A stretch of 64,000 bases of DNA, from assembly GCA_020847275.1 (NCBI GenBank), contig JADLCI010000001.1, positions 2,540-66,539 of the forward strand. Direction: 5' to 3'. The notes under the pieces were generated by a model, which worked only from the letters and a program-made list of their open reading frames with translations, did no database searches and was not told the DNA's origin. This DNA is from Candidatus Nomurabacteria bacterium (GTDB lineage: Bacteria; Patescibacteriota; Minisyncoccia; Phycocordibacterales; JACOZG01). Shown piece after piece: positions 16,843 to 27,557 of this stretch. Each line of letters opens with the position of its first letter. Within the stretch, counting starts at the first letter, position 1. A program made the translations under genes and the position numbers.

Positions 16843-19521
16843 TTAGGCCGTAGACACAAGCCGTTTACCATTCGTTCGTAGTGTCCGTTTCTTCAATTCA
16901 ATTACCGGCTCACCATTCTTCATTTCTACCACGAGAACTCCCCCACTCTCGATTTTCCTCCCAATAATAAACTCCGCGACTTGATTAAGAATTTTATTTT
17001 GAATTAAACGCTTGAGCGGACGCACGCCATATTCAGAACTATAACCCTCGCGAGCGAGATAGGCCATTGTCTCCGTTGAGACTTCCAATTTGATCTGCTT
17101 GTGTGCTAAACGCCCCCTCACCAGCTGAAGCTGGATATCCACAATCTCCTTAATCGTCTCGGCCGGTAGCGGGTTGAAGATAATGATGTCATCCAGGCGG
17201 TTCAAGAATTCCGGGCGGAAGTGATTCTTAAGACTTTCCATGATGCGCTGTTTAGTTTCATTGTAATCAGTCTTCGCCGTGCCGTCACCACTAGAGAAAC
17301 CAATCTTTTGAAGTCGTTGGATATACTCACTGCCAATATTGGACGTGAGAATAATAATTGTGTTCTTGAAATTGACGACGCGACCCTTGCCGTCCGTAAG
17401 ACGGCCATTATCCAGGACCTGAAGTAAGATGTTGAAAACTTCCGGATTCGCTTTCTCAATTTCATCGAAAAGTAAAACGGCATAGGGCCGATGACGCACC
17501 GTTTCGGTCAATGACCCGCCCTCTTCGTAACCCACATAACCTGGTGGTGAACCGATAAGTTTGGAGATAGAATATTTCTCCATATATTCACTCATATCAA
17601 TCCGCACCAACGCCTTCTCATCGTCAAACATAAAGTGAGCAAGAGTACGAGCTAATTCGGTCTTACCAACACCGGTTGGGCCAAGCAAAATAAAGGAGCC
17701 AATTGGTCGATCTGGATCACCCACACCCGCGCGTGAACGCTTGACCGCCTCGGCGATTTTCTTAATTGCCTCATCTTGTCCACGAACCCGTTTGCGCAAC
17801 TCATCTTCAATCCGCGTCAGTCTCTGTGATTCTCCCTCCAACATTTTCGTCACCGGAATATGAGTCCAGCGCGCCACCACTTTGGCAATTTCTTCATCCG
17901 TTACTTCTTCCTTCAGAATCCGCCTGGAACTCTGCAGTTTCTTAAGCTTTAATTCCTTGACCTTCAAATCCTTCTCCAGCTGAGGGATTTTGCCATAACG
18001 AATCTCGGCCGCATGAGAGAGGTCGGCCCGCCATTCCGACTGTTCAGCCTCCAGGCGCGCCGTCTCTAAATCACGCTTCACCACTTTGATTTCGGAAATT
18101 ACCTCTTTCTCATTTTTCCACTTTAACTCCAATTCACGGACCTCTTCGCGGAGATCACTAACCTCTTTCTCAATCTTCTTAATCCTGGCCCTAGTTTGTT
18201 TATCATCCTTGAGAGATAGCTCTTTTTTCAATGCCTCCTTCTCAACCTCCAAACGCATAATCTTAGTATCCGTTTCCCCCAAGAGTTCTGGTTTGTTTTC
18301 TAGTTGTAAGCGAAGGGCTGAAGCCGCTTCATCAACCAGATCAATTGCCTTATCGGGCAGAAAGCGATCACTGATGTAGCGGGCAGAGAGCTGGGCCGCG
18401 GCAACAATTGCGCTATCGGTAATATGAACACCATGATGTGACTCGTAACGCTCCTTCAATCCGCGCAAGATCGTAATTGCGTCATCAACTGAAGGTTCTT
18501 CCACATGAACAGGCTGGAAACGACGAGTAAGTGCTTGATCCTTCTCAATATATTTCTGGTATTCCTTAATCGTTGTCGCCCCAATCGCCCGCAACTCACC
18601 TCGCGCCAATGCCGGCTTGAGCATGTTGGAAGCATCAATTGCCCCCTCAGCCGCACCAGCTCCCACAATCGTATGAATCTCGTCGATAAAGAGAATAAAC
18701 TTGTTACCAGAACGTTCTAGTTCTTTCAAAACCCCCTTCAATCGTTCCTCGAATTCACCACGATATTTTGTACCAGCGACAATCAAACCGAGGTCAAGTG
18801 AGACTAGCTCTTTATCTCGTAAAGATTCAGGTACATCATTTTTTGCAATCTTGATTGCTAAACCCTCCGCAATTGCCGTCTTTCCCGTTCCCGCTTCGCC
18901 AATCAGAATCGGGTTATTTTTTGTCCTTCGAGAAAGAATCTCCATCAAGCGTTGAATTTCCTCCTCTCTCCCAATGACCGGATCAAGCTTATCCGCCTTC
19001 GCTAATTCCGTTAGATTTTTTGTAAATTTTTCGATATTACGAAACTTCTTTGACTGGTCTACTTCATGTGTCTGGCTCATCCGCAACTCCTGCAAAACCT
19101 TCAACACCCTTTCCTTTGTCACACGGAAACGGGCCAGAATCTCGTGGGCTTGATTTGGTGTCTCGAGAAGACCAAGCAGAAGATGCTCCGTGGAAACAAA
19201 CTCGTCTTGCAAATTAGCGGCAATTTTTCCGGATGTATCAAAAACTTTCACCAATTCTGGTGTTAGATAAATCTGGTAAGCCGCCGAGAGTACCCCTGTC
19301 TGCTCACTACCCTCAAGACTTTCCACGACATAGTCTGTCAGCATTGCCGTGTCCACCTCAATTTTATCCAAAATGGAAACAAACATACTTTCCTCCTGCA
19401 GAAGAAGAGCGGCCAAGAGATGAACCGGGCCGACCTGATTCTGACCCCGCTCAATAGCGAGTTCATGCGTCTTCCGAATTACCTCTTTCGCTTTCGCTGT
19501 GAAGTTAGAAAATGGTGGCAT
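16843..19521 (-). CDS. clpB: Chaperone ClpB
   Basis: Clp-N repeats, GEAGTGKT, coiled-coil middle domain, [17 protein letters not shown]. Confidence 0.9.
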   Translation of the reverse strand: MPPFSNFTAKAKEVIRKTHELAIERGQNQVGPVHLLAALLLQEESMFVSILDKIEVDTAMLTDYVVESLEGSEQTGVLSAAYQIYLTPELVKVFDTSGKIAANLQDEFVSTEHLLLGLLETPNQAHEILARFRVTKERVLKVLQELRMSQTHEVDQSKKFRNIEKFTKNLTELAKADKLDPVIGREEEIQRLMEILSRRTKNNPILIGEAGTGKTAIAEGLAIKIAKNDVPESLRDKELVSLDLGLIVAGTKYRGEFEERLKGVLKELERSGNKFILFIDEIHTIVGAGAAEGAIDASNMLKPALARGELRAIGATTIKEYQKYIEKDQALTRRFQPVHVEEPSVDDAITILRGLKERYESHHGVHITDSAIVAAAQLSARYISDRFLPDKAIDLVDEAASALRLQLENKPELLGETDTKIMRLEVEKEALKKELSLKDDKQTRARIKKIEKEVSDLREEVRELELKWKNEKEVISEIKVVKRDLETARLEAEQSEWRADLSHAAEIRYGKIPQLEKDLKVKELKLKKLQSSRRILKEEVTDEEIAKVVARWTHIPVTKMLEGESQRLTRIEDELRKRVRGQDEAIKKIAEAVKRSRAGVGDPDRPIGSFILLGPTGVGKTELARTLAHFMFDDEKALVRIDMSEYMEKYSISKLIGSPPGYVGYEEGGSLTETVRHRPYAVLLFDEIEKANPEVFNILLQVLDNGRLTDGKGRVVNFKNTIIILTSNIGSEYIQRLQKIGFSSGDGTAKTDYNETKQRIMESLKNHFRPEFLNRLDDIIIFNPLPAETIKEIVDIQLQLVRGRLAHKQIKLEVSTETMAYLAREGYSSEYGVRPLKRLIQNKILNQVAEFIIGRKIESGGVLVVEMKNGEPVIELKKRTLRTNGKRLVSTA

Positions 19522-19529
19522 ATAAAATT

Positions 19530-20339
19530 TTATTTTAGAATACTATTGTTTGTCGCTCCAATCATTGCCGCTGTCACCGCTACCCCCGCATCACGTGAGA
19601 GACCAATCACCTTACCCTTGGTATTCAGAAGCGGTCCACCAATGTTATTTAAATTTGAGGCACTTGTATTGATGAAAGAGGTGCCGGAAACCGTATCCTT
19701 AAATAGTCCGGAAACAATACCGCCAGAAACATTGATTGGGCCATTATCTGGTACACCGAGCGCTACGACAGTTTGACCGGGCAAAACTTCCGTCTCAACT
19801 AAATCCAGTTTTACTAATGGTGCCTTAGAGGCATCTTTCCCATCACCATCTCTCAAACTAGCCAGAACGAGTTGAAGCAGAACCACACTTTTCTTTGCGT
19901 CGGTTCTAATTAATCTTGCGTCACCATGACGACCATCACCCAAGAAAATTTGATAGGAATCATTGATTGTCGGGCCAGTAAGAAAAACCTTATCGACTGT
20001 CGCAATCCGACCATCGTCCGAAATAATAAAACCCGTACCAAGAGCCACACCCGATCTATCTGTAATACGCACCGTTGCGGGCGAGGCAGAGTTAATCACA
20101 TCCACAATCAGCTGTTCTTCGGTCACAATTACCGGCACCTCTTTTATTACAGTTGTCGTCTTGGTTTCTCCAGGGACAGTTTTCTCAATCGTCCGCTCTA
20201 CCACTCGATTAATTGTTTGCGTCACGCCCGGTGGCGCCTGCTGAAGTAGTGTCACCGTTACGATACCTGTAGCGATAGAGGTGACGAAGCTAACGAGTAG
20301 AACCAACAAAACAACCTGATTTTTATTTAATTCCTCCAT
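19530..20339 (-). CDS. HtrA/trypsin-like membrane protein with degenerate catalytic residues
   Basis: GTGFIISDDG and GGPLLN..G.VIG present; His and Ser sites read TVDKV and NNIGG. Confidence 0.75.
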   Translation of the reverse strand: MEELNKNQVVLLVLLVSFVTSIATGIVTVTLLQQAPPGVTQTINRVVERTIEKTVPGETKTTTVIKEVPVIVTEEQLIVDVINSASPATVRITDRSGVALGTGFIISDDGRIATVDKVFLTGPTINDSYQIFLGDGRHGDARLIRTDAKKSVVLLQLVLASLRDGDGKDASKAPLVKLDLVETEVLPGQTVVALGVPDNGPINVSGGIVSGLFKDTVSGTSFINTSASNLNNIGGPLLNTKGKVIGLSRDAGVAVTAAMIGATNNSILK

Positions 20340-20895
20340 TTTGTGCAATATACCATACTTTTTCCCAATTCACAATATTCCAAAAAGCATCAACGTATTC
20401 GGCCCTGCGGTTTTGATACCTTAGATAGTAGGCGTGCTCCCACACATCTAATCCAAGTAACACTGTCCCCTCCGGCACATCCTGATTCGCCGTACTCGTT
20501 ATCTCCATTTTACCAGCGCTTCCTAATGTGAGCCAGACCCAACCAGAACCAAACCGCCCCAAAGCGGCCTCCTTAAATAACTTCTGAAAATTTCCAAAAT
20601 TTTCGAAACTCTCATCAATTTTTTCCTTGATTGATTTGCTCTCCTTTGATCCCAGAATCCCCCAGAAAAAAGTGTGATTCCAGTGTCCTCCGGCATTATT
20701 TTTCACCGCCGGTATTTCGCTTGCGCACAGATCGTCCAAACTTTTATTTTTCAAGTCTGGATTCTTTTCCAATTCGGCGTTTAGTTTATCAATATAGACT
20801 TGATGGTGCTTGGTGTGGTGGATACGCATTGTCTGTTCATCGATCCACGGTTCCAACGCATTGTATTCGTAATCTAATTTAGGAAGTGTGTACAT
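20323..20895 (-). CDS. sodA: Fe/Mn superoxide dismutase (Mn-type signature)
   Basis: HHTKHH, NNAGGHWNH, FGSGW, NQD, DVWEHAYY. Confidence 0.93.
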   Translation of the reverse strand: MYTLPKLDYEYNALEPWIDEQTMRIHHTKHHQVYIDKLNAELEKNPDLKNKSLDDLCASEIPAVKNNAGGHWNHTFFWGILGSKESKSIKEKIDESFENFGNFQKLFKEAALGRFGSGWVWLTLGSAGKMEITSTANQDVPEGTVLLGLDVWEHAYYLRYQNRRAEYVDAFWNIVNWEKVWYIAQNGGIK

Positions 20896-20898
20896 CGT

Positions 20899-21945
20899 TT
20901 ACAAAATTATTTTATTTAAAACCCTCACTCTTTCTAATTTTTCTAAAATTCTTGGCAGGACTTTCAAAACATAATCTAAATCCTTCTTTCTTGTCTCTGT
21001 TGCCAATGAGAATCGTACTGAATTTATTATAACATGGGAATTATTTCGTGCAGAAATAGAACAAGCAGAACCAGTAGAAACAGCCACCCCCTTCGCATCC
21101 AACTCCAGCGCAATTTGTTCACCAAGCAGGCCGTCAAAACTGACATTCACATTGTTTGCCAGTCTCCACTCTCCTTCCGGACCGTTCAATTTTACACCGG
21201 GCAATTTTAGTAGTTCAGAGATGAAATAATCCCGCAACTTGGCCACTCTTTTGCTTTCCCGATTCCTATTTTTGCTTGCCAGTTCTAACGCTCTTGCAAA
21301 CCTGGTAATCCCTTCCACATTTTCTGTCCCCGATCTTAAACCTTTCTCTTGTCCACCACCAAGAAAAACTGGGCTTAGACTAACGCCACGCCGCACAAAG
21401 AGGCAGCCAACTCCCGGCACACCCAGCTTACTGCCGTTTAGGGTCATTAAATCTACGCCTAATTTCTGAACATTCAGATCTAGATATCGTGGTGCTTGGC
21501 AGGCGTCGATATGCAAATATGGCTGGTGTGTTTTATTTTTCTGGCGAAACTTTCTAACAGACTTCGCCACCTCTCTAATTGGCAGGATCACGCCAGTTTC
21601 ATTGTGGGCATAGATAATTGAGACTAGATCTGTTTCACGGCGCAAAGACTCTTTTAAACTAGAAATATCCTTCAAAAAAGTGGCGTTAAGGGTCGCAGCA
21701 GGTTCCAGAACCGAAGCATGTTCTAACTCGGTGACAATAAGATGCCTGGGACGAAGGCCAAAAATTGCTAAATTATTGCCCTCTGTCCCGCCCGAAGTGA
21801 AAATAATCTCGTCTGGTTGAGAAAACAGGACACGCGCCACCTTGTCTCTGGCTTTTTCCAGTTTTATTTTGGCCACCACCCCGCTGGCATGTAAGCTAGA
21901 TGGATTCCGTGGTCCAGCCGCTGCGTCTAGAAAAATTTGCTTCAT
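20899..21945 (-). CDS. iscS: Cysteine desulfurase (IscS/NifS family)
   Basis: FTSGGTE, HIDACQ, GGGQEKGLRSGTEN, STGSAC. Confidence 0.88.
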   Translation of the reverse strand: MKQIFLDAAAGPRNPSSLHASGVVAKIKLEKARDKVARVLFSQPDEIIFTSGGTEGNNLAIFGLRPRHLIVTELEHASVLEPAATLNATFLKDISSLKESLRRETDLVSIIYAHNETGVILPIREVAKSVRKFRQKNKTHQPYLHIDACQAPRYLDLNVQKLGVDLMTLNGSKLGVPGVGCLFVRRGVSLSPVFLGGGQEKGLRSGTENVEGITRFARALELASKNRNRESKRVAKLRDYFISELLKLPGVKLNGPEGEWRLANNVNVSFDGLLGEQIALELDAKGVAVSTGSACSISARNNSHVIINSVRFSLATETRKKDLDYVLKVLPRILEKLERVRVLNKIIL

Positions 21946-21975
21946 TATCGCGATTCTAGTATAATTTCTCCCACG

Positions 21976-22422
21976 ATGCCAGACCTTAGCTTTTTTGACC
22001 CTTTCTATCTACTGGTTGGAGCCTGCGTCCTCCTGCTTGCTTGGTCTGTTTACCTAGAGTGGCGTCTACGCCGCTTTACGCTCGGCAAAAATGGTAACAG
22101 TCTAGAAGATTCATTCCACTCCCTTGCAGACAGTGTCAAACAAACGGATAAGGTCAATCAGGAAATAAAAGAACACCTAATCAAGATGGAAGAGCGCCTA
22201 CAGAAAAGCGTCCAACAAGTAAAGACGGTTCGTTTCAATCCCTTTGCTGTTCAGGGTGGAAATTACAGTTTCGCCACGAGCTTCTTGGACGAACACGGTG
22301 ATGGCGTTGTAATCTCTACTCTCTATTCGCGAGAGAAGACAAGTGTCTTCGCTAAGCCAATCAAGAACCGCGCTTCAGAATTCGAGCTCTCCGACGAGGA
22401 GCGCCGCGCCATCGCGCTTTAA
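21976..22422 (+). CDS. DUF4446-like membrane protein
   Basis: N-terminal TM, VRFNPF...GGNYSF...LDEHGDGVVIS...FAKPI. Confidence 0.8.
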   Translation: MPDLSFFDPFYLLVGACVLLLAWSVYLEWRLRRFTLGKNGNSLEDSFHSLADSVKQTDKVNQEIKEHLIKMEERLQKSVQQVKTVRFNPFAVQGGNYSFATSFLDEHGDGVVISTLYSREKTSVFAKPIKNRASEFELSDEERRAIAL

Positions 22423-22431
22423 CTCAAAATT

Positions 22432-23907
22432 ATGTCTAACCAAACAAGACCACCAATCGTTGTGGTGATGGGCCACATTGACCACGGTAAATCAACTCTT
22501 CTTGACTACATCCGCAAGACAAATGTCGTCGACGGAGAAACGGGTGGAATCACCCAAGCAATCAGCGCCTACCAAACTGAAAAAATCACTTTCTTAGACA
22601 CTCCGGGACACGCGGCCTTCACCGGAATGCGCGAGCGTGGTGTAAACATTGCTGACTTGGCGATCCTTGTCGTTTCCGCAGAAGAGGGCGTGAAGACACA
22701 AACACTGGAAGCACTAGACGATATCCTTGACGCCAAACTTCCCTTCATCGTCGCCATCAACAAAATTGACCGCCCAAACTCCAACCCAGAATTAATTAAG
22801 CAACAGTTGGCAGAAAAAAATGTCTTACTTGAAGGTTATGGCGGCACCATTCCTGTGATGGAACTTTCGGCAAAAACGGGTGCCAATGTTCCAGAACTTC
22901 TAGAACTACTATCGCTCCTCGCCGAAATTCAGGATCTCTCGGCTGATCCCACCGCCCCGGCCACTGGTTTTGTGCTGGAAGCCAACCTCGACCAACGAGT
23001 TGGTGTTTCTGCTACTCTAATTATCAAAAACGGGACTCTTAACACTGGGGATTTACTAGTTATCGCTGGCGTCGTAAGTAAGGTAAAGAGACTTAACAAT
23101 TTTGCCGGTGTCATGGTAAAAACCTTACCTCCATCATCCCCCGCCCAAGTAGTTAGTCTTACCGAATTACCACCAGTTGGTGCCACCTTTCAAGCATTCT
23201 CAGACAAAAGGGCGGCGGAACAATTCGCAACCGAAGAACGGGCCAACCGAGAAAAGATTAAACCAGAGGCCACCAAACCAACGAGCGCAACGCCAGAAAA
23301 CGCAATCGAAATTTCCCTCATATTGAAAGCTGACGTGGCCGGTAGCCTAGAGGCGCTGGAGAAGGAAATCAACAAACTGAGTAATGAGCAGACAAGAATC
23401 AAAATAGTTAGTACTGGGGTCGGTAGAATTGGCGATAACGATATTAAGCTGGCGGGGGCTACGAGAGGTGCAATTGTTCTCGGTTTCAAAACTAGCTTGG
23501 AAAAAAATACGACTGATTTGGTAGAAAAACTGAAAGTAGAAGTAGCCACATTTGATATCATTTATAAGTTGTCGGAATGGCTTGAGGAAAAAATCAAATC
23601 AAAACAACCTAAACGCGAAGAGATTACCGTTATTGGTCGAGCCAAACTGCTCAAGGTTTTCGGTAGCGACAAAGACCGCCAAGTCATCGGTGGTGTGGTC
23701 ACGAGCGGTAGAATGGTGTTAGGAAAAACTGTCAAAGTAATCCGCCGCGATAATGAAGTCGCTCGTGGTAAAATTTTAGAATTACAACAGCAGAAATTAC
23801 CGACCAAAGAAGTAGCCCAAGATCATCAGTTTGGTTCCCTAATCGAAACGAAGTTACCACTGGCTTCGGGGGACACGCTAGAAATTTTAGAAATTACCGA
23901 GCATTAA
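22432..23907 (+). CDS. infB: Translation initiation factor IF-2 (no N-terminal extension)
   Basis: RPPIVVVMGHIDHGKSTLLD, DTPGHAAF, NKID, LKADVAGSLEAL. Confidence 0.96.
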   Translation: MSNQTRPPIVVVMGHIDHGKSTLLDYIRKTNVVDGETGGITQAISAYQTEKITFLDTPGHAAFTGMRERGVNIADLAILVVSAEEGVKTQTLEALDDILDAKLPFIVAINKIDRPNSNPELIKQQLAEKNVLLEGYGGTIPVMELSAKTGANVPELLELLSLLAEIQDLSADPTAPATGFVLEANLDQRVGVSATLIIKNGTLNTGDLLVIAGVVSKVKRLNNFAGVMVKTLPPSSPAQVVSLTELPPVGATFQAFSDKRAAEQFATEERANREKIKPEATKPTSATPENAIEISLILKADVAGSLEALEKEINKLSNEQTRIKIVSTGVGRIGDNDIKLAGATRGAIVLGFKTSLEKNTTDLVEKLKVEVATFDIIYKLSEWLEEKIKSKQPKREEITVIGRAKLLKVFGSDKDRQVIGGVVTSGRMVLGKTVKVIRRDNEVARGKILELQQQKLPTKEVAQDHQFGSLIETKLPLASGDTLEILEITEH

Positions 23908-23908
23908 G

Positions 23909-24226
23909 ATGTCACGACGAGAAGATCGACTGGTAGCAGAACTCCAGCGGCTAGCCGCAGAGTTTCTCGGTCTTCACGCTGGACCACGATCACTGATAAC
24001 GGTTACCGACTGCATTCTCTCCAACAATAGCCAGCGCTTACAAATTCTAATCTCGGTTCTCCCCGAAACCGAAGAACGGGCGGCCCTCGCCTTTGTCCGC
24101 CGGCAGTTGAGCGAGTTCATCCTTTTCGTCCACAAACATTTACGCGCTGGGTACTTACCTCAAATCAGCTTCGCGTTGGACGCGGGCGAGAAACATCGCC
24201 AAAAGATTGATAAACTGTTACAGTAA
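23909..24226 (+). CDS. rbfA: Ribosome-binding factor A
   Basis: Directly after infB; ITVT and PQISFALD patterns. Confidence 0.85.
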   Translation: MSRREDRLVAELQRLAAEFLGLHAGPRSLITVTDCILSNNSQRLQILISVLPETEERAALAFVRRQLSEFILFVHKHLRAGYLPQISFALDAGEKHRQKIDKLLQ

Positions 24227-24235
24227 TCCAGAGCT

Positions 24236-24310
24236 GGCCTAGTCGCCAAGTGGTAAGGCAAGAGTCTGCAAAACTCTTACGCGGCGGTTCGATTCCGCCC
24301 TAGGCCTCCA
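24236..24310 (+). tRNA. tRNA-Cys(GCA)
   Basis: AGAGT-CTGCAAA-ACTCT; U73; encoded CCA. Confidence 0.95.
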
Positions 24311-24394
24311 GCCCGGGTGACGTAATTGGTAGCCGTAACAGACTTAAAATCTGTTGCTCGAAAGGGCGTGTGGGTTCGAGTCCCACCCCGGGCA
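24311..24394 (+). tRNA. tRNA-Leu(TAA)
   Basis: ACAGA-CTTAAAA-TCTGT; long variable arm. Confidence 0.95.
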
Positions 24395-24415
24395 CCTTGT
24401 TTCATTGAAATTCAG

Positions 24416-24488
24416 GCCCTGTTAGCTCAGTTGGTAGAGCAGTCGCCTCTTAAGCGAACGGTCGGGGGTTCGAATCCCTCACAGGGCA
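24416..24488 (+). tRNA. tRNA-Lys(CTT)
   Basis: TCGC-CTCTTAA-GCGA; cloverleaf. Confidence 0.95.
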
Positions 24489-24500
24489 CAGTTTTTACAA

Positions 24501-24584
24501 GCCGAGGTGGCGAAATTGGCAGACGCACCAGCCTTAGGAGCTGGCGGGGGCAACCCCATGGAGGTTCAAGTCCTCTCCTCGGCA
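24501..24584 (+). tRNA. tRNA-Leu(TAG)
   Basis: CCAGC-CTTAGGA-GCTGG; long variable arm. Confidence 0.95.
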
Positions 24585-24588
24585 CTAC

Positions 24589-24677
24589 TTGACAAGAATA
24601 GTTCTATGGGTGTATAATAAGGGTCGGATGATTATAGAGGTCGTGTGACCCCTTTCATCAAGTTTGATCCTTGAAAA
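24589..24677 (+). promoter_or_regulatory. Promoter, hairpin and boxA-like site
   Basis: TTGACA-18-TATAAT; AAGGGTC...GACCCTT hairpin; GATCCTTGAAAA. Confidence 0.65.
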
Positions 24678-24713
24678 CGGGCTTTCAAACCCCATATACA
24701 GAAGGAGAATGAC

Positions 24714-25823
24714 ATGTTTGAGGTAAACTGGGCAAATATCTGGTCAACAACCACTCCATTCCTTTGGTGGTTCGGAATTCCTCTCATCACGGTTTTCCTG
24801 ATACTTCTGGTTAATCTGATGGCAAGGAACGATTTCATCATTGGGTTCGTCCCAGAGGGTCAAATCAAGGCGGTCTTAGCTGGTGATTCGTTACACAAAC
24901 TACTGGTAAATATCGGTGGTTATGATTACGATCGCGAGCTCAGAGAAATTACACCCAGCAGTAAGAAAAAACCATGGAGACCCTTTGGAATTTACTGGAT
25001 TGGCCTACCGCCATTCAAAAGTGTCCTACGTTATCCTTTCTCATGGGTAAAGTGGGATAAGCCGGAAGACTCAGCCCACTTTGCGCTGATTCCGCGGAAT
25101 CGAGAGATTGTCAGTTCCCTTTTCTTCCGGTATCCGTATGGCGTACAGGTCAGGGGCATCAGACTAAAAGGAAACATTGAGGTTGAAATCACACTTGTAG
25201 TCACACTCGAAATAGTTAGACCAGAAACAACCCTATTTCGGATCCAACCAACTGGTAATTGGCTCGGACTCGTTATAGCCAAAGTCGAAGAGGCTACTCG
25301 TGGTTGGGCTGGTGAAAAGGGAAACGAAGGGGAGGAGTTTGATGTTGAAAAACTTCGTTCCTTGGCCGCGAGAGAAGAAGGTGCCGCAGATGACCTGCGA
25401 ACACGAATTATGGAAATGAACGGGCATCCACCCACAGAGGGGTTGCCAGAATCAGCAGACGGCACCAGAAGACTTTGCGGTGTAGACATCATCTCTGTTG
25501 ATTTCCAGGGTTGGAAATTCGTCGACCCGGACGCTGAAAAAGCTTACCAGAGTGAGGAGATTGAGAATCGAGTGGCCGATGGCGTAAGAGCCAAAGCAGA
25601 CGGTGAAGCGGCCCGAATCGGAAAAGTTGGTGACGCCGAAGCAAGGGTCATCGCCGCCAAACTTAACGCCGCAGGTGGTAACCACACCCTGGCCGCGAGC
25701 CTGGCACAAGCAACAGCTCTGCAAGAAACCAATGTCAGAGTCCTGTCTCTTGCTGGTGGGACACCACCAATCAACACCATTCCGGTTGATGGACCAACAG
25801 CAGATGACACAAGGGAAGACTGA
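24714..25823 (+). CDS. SPFH/band-7-like membrane protein
   Basis: N-terminal TM, FVPEGQIKAV, CGVDIISVDF, AxGEA coiled-coil repeats. Confidence 0.75.
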   Translation: MFEVNWANIWSTTTPFLWWFGIPLITVFLILLVNLMARNDFIIGFVPEGQIKAVLAGDSLHKLLVNIGGYDYDRELREITPSSKKKPWRPFGIYWIGLPPFKSVLRYPFSWVKWDKPEDSAHFALIPRNREIVSSLFFRYPYGVQVRGIRLKGNIEVEITLVVTLEIVRPETTLFRIQPTGNWLGLVIAKVEEATRGWAGEKGNEGEEFDVEKLRSLAAREEGAADDLRTRIMEMNGHPPTEGLPESADGTRRLCGVDIISVDFQGWKFVDPDAEKAYQSEEIENRVADGVRAKADGEAARIGKVGDAEARVIAAKLNAAGGNHTLAASLAQATALQETNVRVLSLAGGTPPINTIPVDGPTADDTRED

Positions 25824-25838
25824 ATTTCGTTACAGAAC

Positions 25839-25879
25839 AAGGCCGTTTGGGGTTAGCAACCCAAACGGCCTTTTTATTT
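25839..25879 (+). terminator. Intrinsic terminator
   Basis: GGCCGTTTGGG...CCCAAACGGCC followed by a T-run. Confidence 0.85.
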
Positions 25880-25882
25880 CGC

Positions 25883-25936
25883 TTGACAAAAAAGTTGCTT
25901 GTGATATAATAGAAACAGTTGATTGTTCCCTGACAA
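25883..25936 (+). promoter_or_regulatory. Promoter and boxA-like site
   Basis: TTGACA-16-TATAAT with extended TG; GTTCCCTGACAA. Confidence 0.65.
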
Positions 25937-25972
25937 AACGTGTTGTCTAGATACAGAAGGAGTAAGGTCGCC

Positions 25973-26146
25973 ATGTTTGAAAGTGTTGGGATTGTGTCCA
26001 TTGTGAGTGTTGTCTCAATACTCTATGGAGTATTGGGAATCCTCTGGTGTTTCCGGCGAGAAATCAAAACCACACTGCGTTTTCTACACAAATTATGGAA
26101 GGCTCGCAAAGAACTCTGGCAAAAAGCCAAGGAGGAAAACAAATGA
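25973..26146 (+). CDS. Small single-TM orphan protein (57 aa)
   Basis: AAGGAG SD; hydrophobic N-terminus and basic tail; ATGA-coupled to the next gene. Confidence 0.65.
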   Translation: MFESVGIVSIVSVVSILYGVLGILWCFRREIKTTLRFLHKLWKARKELWQKAKEENK

Positions 26147-26817
26147 CGAGAAAGATTCTTTTACTTTCGTCTGTCGTGGCGATAATGATGGGTAGTTTTT
26201 TTCTTTTCTCAAATGGCACAAGAAAAGCTGTTGTCCCGTCACCACCGGCCATAGAAACTAACAACCCCTTAAACCTGGCAGAGAAACTTGTCACCATATC
26301 TCTAATTGGGCTTCTAGTGGCAATCGGACTTCTGGCGATCTACAGAATGTGGAAAATAACCAGAGGTAACCATGACAAACAGGATAAAGACAAAAATGGG
26401 GAGGACAGAAAATCGACACCGATCAACTGGAAGTGGGTCGGGAAAACAGCGGGAAGTTTTGTCTTACTCATTCTGCTTGTTCTTGGTGGTTACTGGCTAT
26501 ACACCAGCGATCAATCAATCACCGGTCGGTGGGCACGGCCACAACAAACGAACCGAGGCCGTGTTGGCACCCTTGGCTGGGACGAACTGATCGCAACAAG
26601 CGATGCGTGGTCCAGACCAACGAAACCGATCCCCGGTGATTGTGACTTCCAGATCCACGAGGACGGAGACGGCTGGATCAAGTTTCCCAACGGGGAAATC
26701 CATGAGATTGGACCAATGGTTCTGGTTAATTGGCCAGATATCCCAAGGGGAAGTTTCCAGTTCAAAGCCAAGGAAGGGTCAATCAAGGTTAAGGTCGTCT
26801 GGCAACCGAGGCGCTAG
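26143..26817 (+). CDS. Orphan membrane protein (3 TM and a C-terminal beta domain)
   Basis: AGGAGG SD before ATG 26143. Confidence 0.7.
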   Translation: MTRKILLLSSVVAIMMGSFFLFSNGTRKAVVPSPPAIETNNPLNLAEKLVTISLIGLLVAIGLLAIYRMWKITRGNHDKQDKDKNGEDRKSTPINWKWVGKTAGSFVLLILLVLGGYWLYTSDQSITGRWARPQQTNRGRVGTLGWDELIATSDAWSRPTKPIPGDCDFQIHEDGDGWIKFPNGEIHEIGPMVLVNWPDIPRGSFQFKAKEGSIKVKVVWQPRR

Positions 26818-26822
26818 AGACC

Positions 26823-26878
26823 AAAACCCCCCAGTCATTGTTGCGCGATGCAACGATGACGGGGGGTTTTATTTTTTC
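26823..26878. terminator. Probably bidirectional terminator
   Basis: AAAACCCCCC...GGGGGGTTTT long hairpin between convergent genes. Confidence 0.8.
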
Positions 26879-26886
26879 CAGAATAT

Positions 26887-27159
26887 TTATCTCGTAACCG
26901 TAATATAAATTAGACTGAGAATACCTTTAACCGAGAAAATGATGAAGAGACCGATCACCCCGTAGAGAACATGCTGTTGACCCTTCTTCCGTTCTTCTTC
27001 ATTCGCCGCCCCCATCACCATCTCGTAAACCCCATAGAGGAACATCCCGAGAGAGGCGGCGGCCAGCAACAAGATTAGCGGATCGACAATTGCTTTATTA
27101 ATCCGATCCAGAATCGGCAAATTGGTAGCCGCAGAAGCAGTCTTAACCAACCAATTCAT
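26887..27159 (-). CDS. VirB2/TrbC-like pilin 5
   Basis: Two-TM hairpin with EEERKKGQQHVLYGVIGL. Confidence 0.75.
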   Translation of the reverse strand: MNWLVKTASAATNLPILDRINKAIVDPLILLLAAASLGMFLYGVYEMVMGAANEEERKKGQQHVLYGVIGLFIIFSVKGILSLIYITVTR

Positions 27160-27534
27160 TTAGAAGCCCTGAGGTGGAGGAACTGTAGGAATCTGGGTTG
27201 GACGATTGGCCCCGCCGAAGTTAAACGTCCCACCAAGCACATTGACCAAACCCCAGACCGAGACCATCACGAAGAGAGCGATAACACCGTAGATCATTGT
27301 GGAACGGCCAGCCGCCTTTTTCTCATCGTCACCACCAGCGGTAACATACTGAAGAACACCCCAAAGGAAATACACGACCCCCAGACCAATTATCAGCGGG
27401 ATGATGTAGTTATTGATTAAGCGAATAATCGTAGCAAAACCACCTTCAAGACTAGTCACACTCTGAGCCAGAGCAAACACCGGAAGAGCAAGGGTTAGAC
27501 CAGAAACAGAAACTTGCTTGAAAAACTTGTTCAT
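27160..27534 (-). CDS. VirB2/TrbC-like pilin 4 (signal peptide; candidate major pilin)
   Basis: ALAQ cleavage site; YVTAGGDDEKKAAGRSTMIYGVIALFV. Confidence 0.8.
   Translation of the reverse strand: MNKFFKQVSVSGLTLALPVFALAQSVTSLEGGFATIIRLINNYIIPLIIGLGVVYFLWGVLQYVTAGGDDEKKAAGRSTMIYGVIALFVMVSVWGLVNVLGGTFNFGGANRPTQIPTVPPPQGF
27221..27281. repeat. 61-bp exact direct repeat, copy 1
   Basis: Identical to 27604-27664. Confidence 0.95.
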
Positions 27535-27557
27535 TTATTTTTATTAAACTATTAATA

